A stretch of DNA of 64,000 bases from Nitrososphaerota archaeon. Its GTDB lineage: Archaea > Thermoproteota > Nitrososphaeria_A > Caldarchaeales > Calditenuaceae. The stretch is taken from NCBI GenBank assembly GCA_041641295.1, contig JBEPYO010000001.1, forward strand, positions 704,001 through 768,000, written 5' to 3'. Made by a program: the position numbers and the translations under genes. The notes beneath the pieces are model-generated. The model did not search any database, had not been told where the DNA came from, and worked only from the letters and a program-made list of their open reading frames with translations. Positions 29,118 through 39,054 of this stretch are shown here, one piece after another. Within the stretch, counting starts at the first letter, position 1. Every line of letters starts with the position of its first letter.

Positions 29118-32100
29118 TTAGCCGCTCACCTCCATCTTCGCCTTTTTCAGACTCATCACGACCTCGTGGGCCTCAGTCATCTTCTCTGCAAACCTCTTGG
29201 CCTCTGCGGCGCTTATCCAGTGTAGCTGGAGCCTCTTCGGATCTATGTTGCGGGCCTGTATTATTTTGAGCCATTGCTCGTATCGTCTCTTAGTGTTGAG
29301 GTTGGCGTAGTTGTAGTGGCAGTCCTGTGGCCAACAGCCTGTTACGAAGACGGCCCCGGCACCCTTCTTGAATGCGTGCAAAATTAGCTTCTGCGAAACG
29401 CGTGCAGAGCACATTGTCCGTATGACCCTGCATGTAGGCGGGTACTGTATCTTGAGGATACCTGCTAGGTCTGCTCCTGCGTAGCTGCACCAGTTACAGG
29501 CGAAGACTATTGCCTTCTCCTCCGGGTTCTCAGCTAGCGCCGCGTCTATTTGCGCCATTATTTGCTCGTCTGTGAACCCAGGCATCGTTATAGCCCCCTC
29601 GACGTTACACTCGGCAACACATGCACCACATCCTTGGCAGAGGCCCGGAATGATCTCTATCCATTTTCTCAGTTCGCCTCTGATCGCACCATATGGGCAG
29701 ACCTGCGCGCACCTCATGCACTTAGTGCATTTTTGCGGGTCTATGACTGGGATGAAGGGCTCTTTCTCGAGCTGTGGTGATGTGAGGAGTGCGGCTGCCT
29801 TTGCGGCTGCGGCCAATCCCTGCGAGATGCTCTCCCTAACATCTTTGGGTCCTTGGGCGACCCCTGCGAGAAAGACGCCCTGTGTTATTGATTCAACAGG
29901 GCCCAGCTTTGGATGGAGTTCGAGGAAGAATCCCTCCGAGTCCTTGGCGACTCTGAGCTGCTGAGCCGCCGCAATCTCTCCCGGAGGATCTATGGCGGTA
30001 GCCAGCACGACGTAGTCTGCTGGTATATTTAGTGTCTCTCCAATTGTGATGTCTCGCACCGTTATGCCGCCCTCGCCTATTTGGACAAGGTCTTCAATCG
30101 GCTTTTCCGTTCCAACCCTGATGAATCTTACACCTTCTTCGCAGGCTTTCCTGTAAAGCTCCTCAGCCCCACGCCCATAGGTCCTCACGTCCTTGACAAT
30201 AACTGAGACGTTCTTTCCGCTCTTCCTAAGCTTGAGGGCGTGGTAGGTAATGGTCTGGCAGCAATATCTTGAGCACCCCCTATTCAGGTTCCTAGAACCC
30301 ACACATCCGATAAAGACTATGTTACTAGCATCCTTTGGAACGCCGTCCATCTCGTATTCAAGCAGTGTCACAACTTTTGGCCTGTCAGTTCCGATTATAG
30401 GCCAGTTTGGCTCGTGGACTTTACCGCCTGTGGCTAAGATTATGGCGCCTACGTCTAGTTCCTCGCCGTTGGATAGTTTTACGTGGTAGTTGCCGACGAA
30501 CCCTGTTACTTCTGTCACCTCTGTGCCCAAGTGGACCTTGGCACCAGACCTCTCAAGCTGTTTTATCTTCCACTGCAGGAAGCGCTGTGCATCTATGCCG
30601 GAGGGGGCAATTTCTTTAAGATGTCTGAGGAGGCCGCCTAGCTCGTGTTCCTTCTCAACTAGATGTGTCTCGAACCCCATCTCTGCAAGGGCGGTGGCGG
30701 CGGTTATCCCAGCCACACCTCCCCCGATTACTAGGGCCTTTTGCTGGACGGGGGTGAACAGCTTGGTCATTGGGTTTTGTCGGACCACTTTGGCGACCGC
30801 CATCGAGATTAGGTCTATGGCTTTCCTAGTTGCCTCTTCGGGTTGGTTCTTGTGAACCCAAGAGTTGAGGTTGCGTATGTTAGCCATCTCAATGAGGTAT
30901 GGGTTAAGCCCTGCCCTTGCACAGGCCCTCATGAAGGTTGGGCTATGGGTCTTCGGCGAACAGGCAGCTATAACAATCCTGTTGAGCCTCTTCTCCCTTA
31001 TCACATTCTCGATATGCTTCGTACCAGCTCCAGAGCATGAGAACCTCTGGTCCTCTACATGCACTACATAGGGTATTTTCTTGGACTGTTCAACGGCAGT
31101 TTTTATATCGACTACCCCAGCTATATTAGATCCGCAGTGGCAGATGAAGACCCCAACGCGGGGCTCCCCCAGGGCGTCTATCGTTTCCTCGAAAATTTCG
31201 GGTTCTACGGACCTTGAGGTCAGATGAGTTAGCGCCTTCGCAGCGGCCGCACCCGCCTCTGTAACACTGTCGGGAATGTCCTTGGGACCGCTCGCACATC
31301 CACAGACGTATATCCCTCTCCTCGATGTTCCGACGAAGTCTCCGTCAATCTCGTATGATTTGATGAAGCCGTCTTCTCCCACCTCTATCCCAAGGGTTTT
31401 AGCCAGTCTGTTTAATTCTTCTGATGGAACGAGGGCCGTTGAAAGGACAACCATGTCGAAGGTTTCTCTCCGCAGCTCTCCTGTGGTCGTGTCCTCATAG
31501 ACTACGTCTATGCCTTCGCCGTTGGGGATAACTCTTCCAGGCCTGCTCCGTATAAATCTGACACCACTCTTCTTCGCCCTCTCAAACATCTCGTCGAAGC
31601 CCTTTCCATAAGCCCTTATGTCCATGTAGAATATTGTGACGTCTTTGATTCCATGGTCGACAAGCTGCAGCGCCTCCTTAATACTGTACATGCAGCAGAC
31701 CCTGCTGCAGAAGCTGTAGAACCTTTTATCACGAGCACCAACGCATAGGATGAATGCTACTCTCTCCGGGTGGCGGTGGTTGCTGGGCTTTATGACCTCA
31801 CCCCTTGAAGGGCCGCTCGACTGCAGCAGTCTCTCGAGCTCCATCGCCGTGAGGATGTCGGGGTGTCTTCCATAGCCGAACTCAGGGATTAGCGAGGCGT
31901 CAAAGAGGTCCGAGCCAGCCGCAACTATTATTGCGCCTACATTCAGTTCATGGATCTTCTCCCTCATCTCGAAGTCTATGCATTTTGGCCCGCATGCCTC
32001 GACGCACCTGTTACAGGGTAGGTAGTTGGGCGGCTTGTTCAAGCAGTGCTCAATGTCTATTACGTATGTTCCTGGCTCGGCCTGGTCGAAGGGGAGGTAG

Positions 32101-32504
32101 ATGGCCTTCCTCGCACCCATCCCTACGTCAAACTCGTTCTTCAGTATGACTGGGCAGGCGGGTACGCAGTCGCCGCACCTCGTACACTCGTCGGTGACAA
32201 AGCGGGGCTTCTGGACAACTTTTACATGGAAGTTCCCAGCCTCGCCTCTTACCTCGACAACCTCGGCCAAGGTTAGGACCTTAATGTTCTTGTTCTGCAT
32301 CACCTCGCTCAGCTTGGGCGCTTCAATGCAGATCGAGCAGTCCATGGTGGGGAAGTTCTTGTCTAGAGCCGCCATCCTACCCCCTATCACGGGGCTTTTC
32401 TCAACGAGGTAGACCTTGGCACCCGCCTTGGCTAGGTCGAGGGATGCCTGAACCCCCGCAATCCCACCACCTATAACCAGTACAGCGTCCGCCAACCCCC
32501 TCAC
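29118..32504 (-). CDS. hdrA: Tandem HdrA-like flavoprotein with C-terminal MvhD domain
   Basis: Two GGG(I/V)AG FAD motifs, FPTMDCSIC, CSRVCCMY, ferredoxin inserts, C-terminal FACNWCSYAGAD...CSAR...GC...DCHY. Confidence 0.9.
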   Translation of the reverse strand: MRGLADAVLVIGGGIAGVQASLDLAKAGAKVYLVEKSPVIGGRMAALDKNFPTMDCSICIEAPKLSEVMQNKNIKVLTLAEVVEVRGEAGNFHVKVVQKPRFVTDECTRCGDCVPACPVILKNEFDVGMGARKAIYLPFDQAEPGTYVIDIEHCLNKPPNYLPCNRCVEACGPKCIDFEMREKIHELNVGAIIVAAGSDLFDASLIPEFGYGRHPDILTAMELERLLQSSGPSRGEVIKPSNHRHPERVAFILCVGARDKRFYSFCSRVCCMYSIKEALQLVDHGIKDVTIFYMDIRAYGKGFDEMFERAKKSGVRFIRSRPGRVIPNGEGIDVVYEDTTTGELRRETFDMVVLSTALVPSEELNRLAKTLGIEVGEDGFIKSYEIDGDFVGTSRRGIYVCGCASGPKDIPDSVTEAGAAAAKALTHLTSRSVEPEIFEETIDALGEPRVGVFICHCGSNIAGVVDIKTAVEQSKKIPYVVHVEDQRFSCSGAGTKHIENVIREKRLNRIVIAACSPKTHSPTFMRACARAGLNPYLIEMANIRNLNSWVHKNQPEEATRKAIDLISMAVAKVVRQNPMTKLFTPVQQKALVIGGGVAGITAATALAEMGFETHLVEKEHELGGLLRHLKEIAPSGIDAQRFLQWKIKQLERSGAKVHLGTEVTEVTGFVGNYHVKLSNGEELDVGAIILATGGKVHEPNWPIIGTDRPKVVTLLEYEMDGVPKDASNIVFIGCVGSRNLNRGCSRYCCQTITYHALKLRKSGKNVSVIVKDVRTYGRGAEELYRKACEEGVRFIRVGTEKPIEDLVQIGEGGITVRDITIGETLNIPADYVVLATAIDPPGEIAAAQQLRVAKDSEGFFLELHPKLGPVESITQGVFLAGVAQGPKDVRESISQGLAAAAKAAALLTSPQLEKEPFIPVIDPQKCTKCMRCAQVCPYGAIRGELRKWIEIIPGLCQGCGACVAECNVEGAITMPGFTDEQIMAQIDAALAENPEEKAIVFACNWCSYAGADLAGILKIQYPPTCRVIRTMCSARVSQKLILHAFKKGAGAVFVTGCWPQDCHYNYANLNTKRRYEQWLKIIQARNIDPKRLQLHWISAAEAKRFAEKMTEAHEVVMSLKKAKMEVSG

Positions 32505-33058
32505 CTCCTCCCAGAAACACCTATACTGGCCAGCAGCTCGGATGCTATGCTGTAGCCCTGCCGGACTGCCTTGCGGTTAAGGTCAGCCGCCTTTGGGAAC
32601 CTATCGGCCAGCGCCTTTTCCACCGACTCCAAGGACGGCGTGCCCAGGACAGCAACTATGGCACCAAGTATCACGATATTTGCGACTATCTTTCTTCCTA
32701 GACTCTCTGCCACCTCAATGGCTGGCACCGGCAAGACCTTGTGGTCCTGCGAATCGTGTTTAACGAGTTCTTTCACGGTTACTATTACTCCGCCGCGCTT
32801 AACGTGTCTGAGGTTTTGTACGAAGCCCTCGTCATACATTGTGGCTAGCACGTCTAGCTTGGTTATGAGAGGGTAGTCTATGGTCTCGTCCGATATTATT
32901 ACGTCGGCTCTAGACCAGCCCCCTGTTATGTATGGGCTGTAGCCCTCAGTCACCACTGCCTCCTTGCCGTCGTATATTGCCGCGGCCCTCCCAAGTATGT
33001 GGCCAGCCGTTATGGCCCCTTGACCTCCCAACCCGGTTATCCTGACCTCGTATCTCAA
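32501..33058 (-). CDS. korC: 2-oxoacid:ferredoxin oxidoreductase gamma subunit
   Basis: GLGGQG, ANIVILGA. Confidence 0.88.
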   Translation of the reverse strand: MRYEVRITGLGGQGAITAGHILGRAAAIYDGKEAVVTEGYSPYITGGWSRADVIISDETIDYPLITKLDVLATMYDEGFVQNLRHVKRGGVIVTVKELVKHDSQDHKVLPVPAIEVAESLGRKIVANIVILGAIVAVLGTPSLESVEKALADRFPKAADLNRKAVRQGYSIASELLASIGVSGRR

Positions 33059-33909
33059 ATGCCCTCCCCCCTCCCAGAGGCCCTCCTGATGGTCTCCTGG
33101 ATAAGCTCCTGGTAACTCGGTCTCCTCCTATCCACGAAGTTTCCAACAACCAGCGGCTCGCCCTGAAGACGTATGTCTATCTTACTTAGATCGGCATTAT
33201 GGTCTACCACCGAATGTTTTCTGAAATACTCCATCATGTCGAGTGCCTCGGGGAAGTTGTTGAACTCGCCGAAGGTGGGCGGACAGGGAGATATGACCTC
33301 AATAAATGCGAATCCCTCCACACTCATCATACGCTTTATCGCGTTGATCAGCTGCCGCACGTGCAGGGTTGTCCACCTAGCAACGAAGGAGGCGCCAGCA
33401 GCGGCCACTAGGTAAGGTATGTTGAATGGGTTTTCAAAGTTGCCGTAGGGCGAAGTGTATGTCTTTGCCCCGAGTGGAGTAGTTCCACCGTGCTGGCCGC
33501 CCGTCATACCATAGTTGAAGTTGTTGACCATTATCACGTTGATGTCAACGTTCCTCCTAGCAGCGTGTATCAGATGATTCCCGCCTATGGTGCAGATGTC
33601 TCCGTCGCCTGAGATGACTGTGACCTCCAAGTCGGGCCTCACGAGAGATAGGCCTGTGGCAAATGCTATGGCACGACCATGAGTCGTATGGAACGAGTCG
33701 AGATGCATGTAGCCTGAAACCCTCCCAGTACAGCCTATACCTGAAATGCAGACATGCTTCTCAGGAGGAATACCCGATGCCTCGATGGCGTCCGCGTAGG
33801 CGGCCATGACTATGCCGATGCCGCATCCCGGGCACCAGATGTGTGGAAGCCTCTCACTCCGCAGCAGCCTGTCTCTAGGATGGCGTTGAGCCTTAACCAC
33901 TTGGGTCAC
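33055..33909 (-). CDS. korB: 2-oxoacid:ferredoxin oxidoreductase beta subunit
   Basis: WCPGCG, SGIGC, HGRA, GDGD, YGMTGGQ, SPCP. Confidence 0.92.
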   Translation of the reverse strand: MTQVVKAQRHPRDRLLRSERLPHIWCPGCGIGIVMAAYADAIEASGIPPEKHVCISGIGCTGRVSGYMHLDSFHTTHGRAIAFATGLSLVRPDLEVTVISGDGDICTIGGNHLIHAARRNVDINVIMVNNFNYGMTGGQHGGTTPLGAKTYTSPYGNFENPFNIPYLVAAAGASFVARWTTLHVRQLINAIKRMMSVEGFAFIEVISPCPPTFGEFNNFPEALDMMEYFRKHSVVDHNADLSKIDIRLQGEPLVVGNFVDRRRPSYQELIQETIRRASGRGEGI

Positions 33910-35051
33910 GCAGCAGCCACCTCCACCGCATCCACGATGACATTAGGCTCTATCAGGCTGCCCGGCGCCCAGTTAACCTCTATGACAGGGCATTTAGCAT
34001 GCTCTCTGACAGGATGGACGAGCTGGCCGAAGTTTATCTCAGGGACCACGAGGACGTTGACGCGCTGGCTCAGCCTCTCAATCACGTCGCTTGGGAAGGG
34101 CCATATAGTGATGAGCTGTAGCAGCCCGGCCTTAATCCCACGTGAGCGAGCCTGCTTAACGGCATTCAAGGCCGACCTAGCAGTAGACCCATAAGCAACC
34201 ACAACAACCTCAGCATCATCCGTCATGAACTCCTTATACATCCAGAGCTCACGGGCGTGATTCCTAATCTTGCCGAGAAGATACCTCAGCATTCTATCAG
34301 AAACCTCTTGAGAGGTAGTCGGATAGCCTCTCTCATCATGAGTGAGGCTGTCAATGTTTACACGGCAGCCCGTCCCCACTATGGGCATTGGATTCACGTC
34401 AGCGGAGTAATCGAATGGCAGCCTAGTGGAGAGGAGGCGCGGATCCATAACCTTTCTCTCCACTATCTCGATCTCTTCGGCCGGGGGGATGACCACTTTC
34501 TCCCACATCAGGCCTACCAGCTGGTCGGCTAGGACTATGACTGGTGTGCGAAGCCTTTCCGCCGTATTGAAGGCACGAATGGTTAGGTCGAAGAACTCTT
34601 GGACGCTGCTGGGAGCGTAGACAACCGTCTCTAGGTCTCCGTGAGAGCCCCACCTAGCCTGCATCACATCGCCCTGTCCTATCAGTGTTGGTATTCCTGT
34701 GCTGGGCCCTGCCCTCTGAACGTTAACAATGACTATCGGCGCTTCCATTATGAATGCTAACCCTATGTTCTCCATCATCAGGCTGAAGCCTGGGCCGGAT
34801 GTTGCGGTCATGGCTTTGGCTCCGGCATAAGACGCGCCTATAAGGGCGGCCACACTCGCCATCTCATCCTCCATCTCCACAGCTATCCCGCCGACCTGCG
34901 GAAACCTTACACAAGCCCTCTCGAAAATCTCGCTGGACGGGGTGATTGGGTATCCGGCGAAGAACCTACACCCAGCTAGTATGGCGGCCTCGACACACGC
35001 GAAGTTTCCCATCATGAAGTGAACACCGGGTCTCGGCAAGCCGCTACTCAT
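33906..35051 (-). CDS. korA: 2-oxoacid:ferredoxin oxidoreductase alpha subunit
   Basis: GYPITPSSE, EDE, ATSGPGFSLM, QRAGPSTG. Confidence 0.92.
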   Translation of the reverse strand: MSSGLPRPGVHFMMGNFACVEAAILAGCRFFAGYPITPSSEIFERACVRFPQVGGIAVEMEDEMASVAALIGASYAGAKAMTATSGPGFSLMMENIGLAFIMEAPIVIVNVQRAGPSTGIPTLIGQGDVMQARWGSHGDLETVVYAPSSVQEFFDLTIRAFNTAERLRTPVIVLADQLVGLMWEKVVIPPAEEIEIVERKVMDPRLLSTRLPFDYSADVNPMPIVGTGCRVNIDSLTHDERGYPTTSQEVSDRMLRYLLGKIRNHARELWMYKEFMTDDAEVVVVAYGSTARSALNAVKQARSRGIKAGLLQLITIWPFPSDVIERLSQRVNVLVVPEINFGQLVHPVREHAKCPVIEVNWAPGSLIEPNVIVDAVEVAAA

Positions 35052-35055
35052 ACAG

Positions 35056-35334
35056 CTAGCTCACCTCCACCGTGTAGATGGCTAGCTCAGGGCAAATCAG
35101 ACTACACATCTTGCAATTGATGCAGTCGTTTTCCTTCCCTGGCTTAACTCTGGGATACCTGTAACCGTTTGGATTGAACTGGTCAGACCGCTCGAGGACA
35201 TCCATGGGACAGAAGCTCCAACAAAATCCGCACTCCTTACACCTCTCAGGTATAATGTAGACCTGCCCCAACGGTCTACGAAACAAGGCTAGGTTAATCG
35301 GCTCACGTAATATTTTCAAGGCTAGAGCCCCCAA
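35056..35334 (-). CDS. korD: 2-oxoacid:ferredoxin oxidoreductase delta (ferredoxin) subunit
   Basis: CKECGFCWSFCP and CINCKMCSLICP. Confidence 0.88.
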   Translation of the reverse strand: MGALALKILREPINLALFRRPLGQVYIIPERCKECGFCWSFCPMDVLERSDQFNPNGYRYPRVKPGKENDCINCKMCSLICPELAIYTVEVS

Positions 35335-35393
35335 GGCTCAGTAAATCGCTGTGAGTCCGCATAATTATACACTAACAAATATTCTACCTAATC

Positions 35394-35443
35394 CAATATA
35401 TAGCATATTAAATTCAAATGAGACTTCATTAAACAATATATAG
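35394..35443. promoter_or_regulatory. Divergent promoter region with a 10-bp direct repeat and central palindrome
   Basis: CAATATATAG at 35394-35403 and 35434-35443, with AATGA-N4-TCATT at 35417-35430 between them. Confidence 0.45.
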
Positions 35444-35465
35444 GTCTTCGGGGGAGATAACTATT

Positions 35466-36533
35466 GTGGGGGGCAAAGCCCAGGCCAACCAGCTGATGAC
35501 ACTTCTAGCCTCATATCCCCCACTAACATGGAGCGAGGATCGATTCATCCACTCACCTCTCTACAGGATTGAAGAGTTCGATGAAAAACTCCTTCTCTTC
35601 CCAAGCCACTCAGACGCGGAGATCATTCTGGAGAATCTTATCCGCCTCCTCGGACTCCAAAAACAAAGAACCTCCCCAACAGCCTATCTAATCCAGAAGA
35701 ACGAGGTCTTTAAAACCCTGAGAAATTTCCTATGGATAGTTAGGAGGAGCTGGAGAGACGAGACAGTCCGGGTCATCTGGTCCACATTATATGTGGCTCA
35801 CGCCAAGGGGTGGGGTAATATCCCGCTCCACATGATTGCGGATGTGAGCGGCCTCGACCAGGCAAAATGCCGAGAGATTCTGGCGAAAATCTTTGAGGAT
35901 GGGGGGCTGGTTGACGGCGAAAAAGTAAGGGCTGGACCCAAGCATTTCGCAGAGGCTTTAGAACTCATGCTTCAACAGATTCCCACTTGGAGCGAGGAAC
36001 TGGTCATGTCCTTCCTCTGCACAGAGATATACGCGTCGGTGGAGGACATATACGTGAAGGTGCGGCCTTATGGGCTGAGCATTGCGGCAGTTTACAAAAT
36101 AGTGCAAAAGCTTAAAAAAGCCAACCATATAGCCCGGGTGAGATATAGCCGGAGAAGACCACAGGGGCCCATGAGAGAGGTGTTCTCACCAAACTGCCGC
36201 AACTGCTTCTACGGATACAGCAGCGAGGAGAAATGTCTACAACACCTCCTCTCCGAGATGGAGACCTATTTCAAGGAAAACTATGGGAAAACCTTTAGCG
36301 TAGAAGAGAAGATGGCACTATACAAATCGCTTAGGCTGACGCCATTCGGGCCGCGAGTTTTACGAAAGCTACTCACTACGCTCAAGCATGTTAGAAATGT
36401 GGAGCAGTCCGTCAAGGATGAGAGGCTGGCCGGTCTTTTGAGAAAGCTGGAGGAGCTATGCGGTATAAAACTAATCCTACCATCCTTTGAATTCAGGACC
36501 CTAAACAATATTGGACAAAATCCACCAATCTGA
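35466..36533 (+). CDS. Hypothetical multi-HTH protein, probable transcription regulator
   Basis: HTH-like segments (LHMIADVSGLDQAKC; SVEDIY...LSIAAVYKIVQKL) and CRNC; divergent from the kor operon. Confidence 0.55.
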   Translation: MGGKAQANQLMTLLASYPPLTWSEDRFIHSPLYRIEEFDEKLLLFPSHSDAEIILENLIRLLGLQKQRTSPTAYLIQKNEVFKTLRNFLWIVRRSWRDETVRVIWSTLYVAHAKGWGNIPLHMIADVSGLDQAKCREILAKIFEDGGLVDGEKVRAGPKHFAEALELMLQQIPTWSEELVMSFLCTEIYASVEDIYVKVRPYGLSIAAVYKIVQKLKKANHIARVRYSRRRPQGPMREVFSPNCRNCFYGYSSEEKCLQHLLSEMETYFKENYGKTFSVEEKMALYKSLRLTPFGPRVLRKLLTTLKHVRNVEQSVKDERLAGLLRKLEELCGIKLILPSFEFRTLNNIGQNPPI

Positions 36534-36566
36534 TAATATTATAGAGCCACGGATCGTTTAACATAT

Positions 36567-36887
36567 GTGAATAAAAGGGAGTTTCAGTGCCGTGACTGTA
36601 TACACTTCCTCCCCTACCCCCTCATCGAGGGTATTGGGACATGCTCAAACCCAGCCAGCTTAAACTATGACCGAGTGAGGTTTGGTGATGAAGAGCCCTG
36701 CGAGTTCTTCGGATTAGCAGTGCTCAGTGTCTCAGGCCTCGAAGGAGTGGAGTTCTACTGGTGCCACACATGCAGAAAACACTTGTACAGAGATGAACTC
36801 GAGTACCATGTGGGTCATAGGGTTTACACTGGAGCGGCTAAGACAGATGCTGAGTTTAACGCAGAGAGCACTATGGCCGCAGACTGA
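36567..36887 (+). CDS. Small Cys/His-rich metal-binding protein
   Basis: CRDCIHF...C...C and CHTC...H motifs in 106 aa. Confidence 0.65.
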   Translation: MNKREFQCRDCIHFLPYPLIEGIGTCSNPASLNYDRVRFGDEEPCEFFGLAVLSVSGLEGVEFYWCHTCRKHLYRDELEYHVGHRVYTGAAKTDAEFNAESTMAAD

Positions 36888-37083
36888 TTAGAGAGTAGTC
36901 TAGCAGACCAAAACACCACACTAGGCCAAACCACTAGCAACAGCCACATATCCCTGACCAAACATTCTCAACGCCACACAGTTGTTTAACCGTAAACTTC
37001 TGGTGTAAGTCGCTGTGTTTTGCCCCAACGCCCCCTGTATTGTGTTAAAAAATTTATAGAGAGTAGACCATGTTTTATAGGCC

Positions 37084-39054
37084 TTGCTTCTCTGGGAGCC
37101 TACAACAGAAGTGATAGAGAAGGCCAACATGACCCGGTTCATAGAATACGTCGATGACAAGGAGGGGCTTGGAATAGATCCGTTTGAAAGACGCGCGTAT
37201 TTTAAGCTGTATGAGTGGTCCATTGCAAATATACCTGAGTTCTGGGATGTGGTCTGGAGCTTTGTCGGGGTCAAGGCCTCTAAGCCGTACCAGCAGGTTG
37301 TTGATGATTTGGGTAGGTTCCCCGGAGCTTCATGGTTTATAGGTGCGAGGCTCAACTTCGCCGAAAACCTTCTCAGGGTAAGGGATGGGAAAACAGCCAT
37401 CATAGCTGTTAGGGAGGACGGGTTCTCAAGGAGGGTGTCCTACCTCGATTTATATCGTGAGGTTGTGGGGCTGGCTAAGGGTTTGCAGGAGGTGGGGGTT
37501 GGAGAGGGTGACAGAGTCTGCGGATATATTCCCAACACAGTTGAGGCTTGCGTAGGCATGCTTGCTACAGCCGCGCTTGGAGGAACATGGTCTTCCACAG
37601 GAACAGAAATAGGGGCTGAAGCTGTGGTCGACAGATTTGAACAGGTATCTCCCAAAGTACTCATCACAATCGATGGATACTTCTACAAGGGTAAGAGATA
37701 CAATATCTTAGAGAGGGTTAAGAAGATTGTTGACAATATACCTTCTATAGAGCGCGTGATTGTTGTCCCATACTTAGAGGAGAACCCCAAGATTGATGTA
37801 CTAAAGAATACTGTTCTTTATAGCGACTTCGTCGAGCCCGGCGATGGCTTCTCGTTCAAGCAGGTCTCATCCTCGACGCCCATATACATAATGTTCACCT
37901 CGGGGACCACGGGTAAGCCAAAATGCCTAGTCCAGTCTGTCGCAGGTATACTTGCTAACCACTTGAAGGAGCTTATCATACACACAGACCTAAAGCCGAC
38001 GGACACGATAACGTACATAACCTCCACCAGCTGGATGATGTGGAATTGGCTGATGACTTCTCTAGCCACAGGCGCTACACTGCTACTTTACGACGGCGAC
38101 CCAAACTATCCTGACTGGAGAAGGATGTGGAGCCTGATAGATGAGTATGGCGTCTCAATCTTCGGGTGCAGTGCAAGCTACATCAACTATCTCAGGGGTG
38201 TAAATGCCTCACCAAAGGGGAGCTTCGACCTTGCAACTCTGCGGGAGATATCGCAGACCGGCTCCCCCCTGTCTGCCGACGGATTTAAGTGGGTATATGA
38301 CGAGGTTAAGAGGGATCACCACTTCAACTCTATATCAGGCGGCACTGATATCAACGGCTGCTTTGCCATAGGTAGTCCGACGTTACCAGTCTATGCGGGG
38401 CAACTCCAATCACCAGCTTTGGGCATGAAGATAAAGTGTTACGATGAACACGGTAACCCGGTCTACGACAGAGAAGGAGAACTAGTGTGCGAGGCTCCAG
38501 CACCATCTATGCCACTTTACTTCCTCAACGATCCGAACAACGAGAAATATCTCGACGCATACTTCAGGTTCTATACTCACAAGAGGGTGTGGAGGCATGG
38601 AGACTACGTAATATTCCACAGCGACACAGGTGGAATTACCTTCCTAGGCAGGTCTGACGCTGTGATTAAGCGGTCTGGAGTTAGGATTGGGACTGCCGAG
38701 ATATATAGCGTAGTTGAGAAATTTAAAGAGATAGCTGATAGCATAGCGGTTGGGCAGAACTGGAAGGGTGACCAAAGAATAATACTTTTCGTGAAAATGG
38801 CGGCGGGATATTCTTTAACCGATGAGTTGAAGGATAGGATTAAAAAAGAGCTGAGGGAGAAGGTCTCACCCCGACATGTACCCGACATTATTTTGGAGGC
38901 GCCTGACATACCATATACATTTAACATGAAGAAGGTGGAGATAGCGGTTTCAAACATAATAAACGGTAGAAAAGTTATTAACAGGGACTCGCTAATCAAC
39001 CCTGAATCACTTGACTACTTCGAAAAAATCTTACCGCTGCTACAGGGTGATTAA
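37084..39054 (+). CDS. Acetoacetate-CoA ligase
   Basis: LNFAENLL, FTSGTTGKPK, WMMWNW, SISGGTD, GVRIGTAEIY. Confidence 0.9.
   Translation: MLLWEPTTEVIEKANMTRFIEYVDDKEGLGIDPFERRAYFKLYEWSIANIPEFWDVVWSFVGVKASKPYQQVVDDLGRFPGASWFIGARLNFAENLLRVRDGKTAIIAVREDGFSRRVSYLDLYREVVGLAKGLQEVGVGEGDRVCGYIPNTVEACVGMLATAALGGTWSSTGTEIGAEAVVDRFEQVSPKVLITIDGYFYKGKRYNILERVKKIVDNIPSIERVIVVPYLEENPKIDVLKNTVLYSDFVEPGDGFSFKQVSSSTPIYIMFTSGTTGKPKCLVQSVAGILANHLKELIIHTDLKPTDTITYITSTSWMMWNWLMTSLATGATLLLYDGDPNYPDWRRMWSLIDEYGVSIFGCSASYINYLRGVNASPKGSFDLATLREISQTGSPLSADGFKWVYDEVKRDHHFNSISGGTDINGCFAIGSPTLPVYAGQLQSPALGMKIKCYDEHGNPVYDREGELVCEAPAPSMPLYFLNDPNNEKYLDAYFRFYTHKRVWRHGDYVIFHSDTGGITFLGRSDAVIKRSGVRIGTAEIYSVVEKFKEIADSIAVGQNWKGDQRIILFVKMAAGYSLTDELKDRIKKELREKVSPRHVPDIILEAPDIPYTFNMKKVEIAVSNIINGRKVINRDSLINPESLDYFEKILPLLQGD

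Noticed and set aside
29118-32504. Selenocysteine recoding in HdrA/MvhD
   Set aside because: The ORF is continuous with Cys at the expected ligand positions; no in-frame TGA
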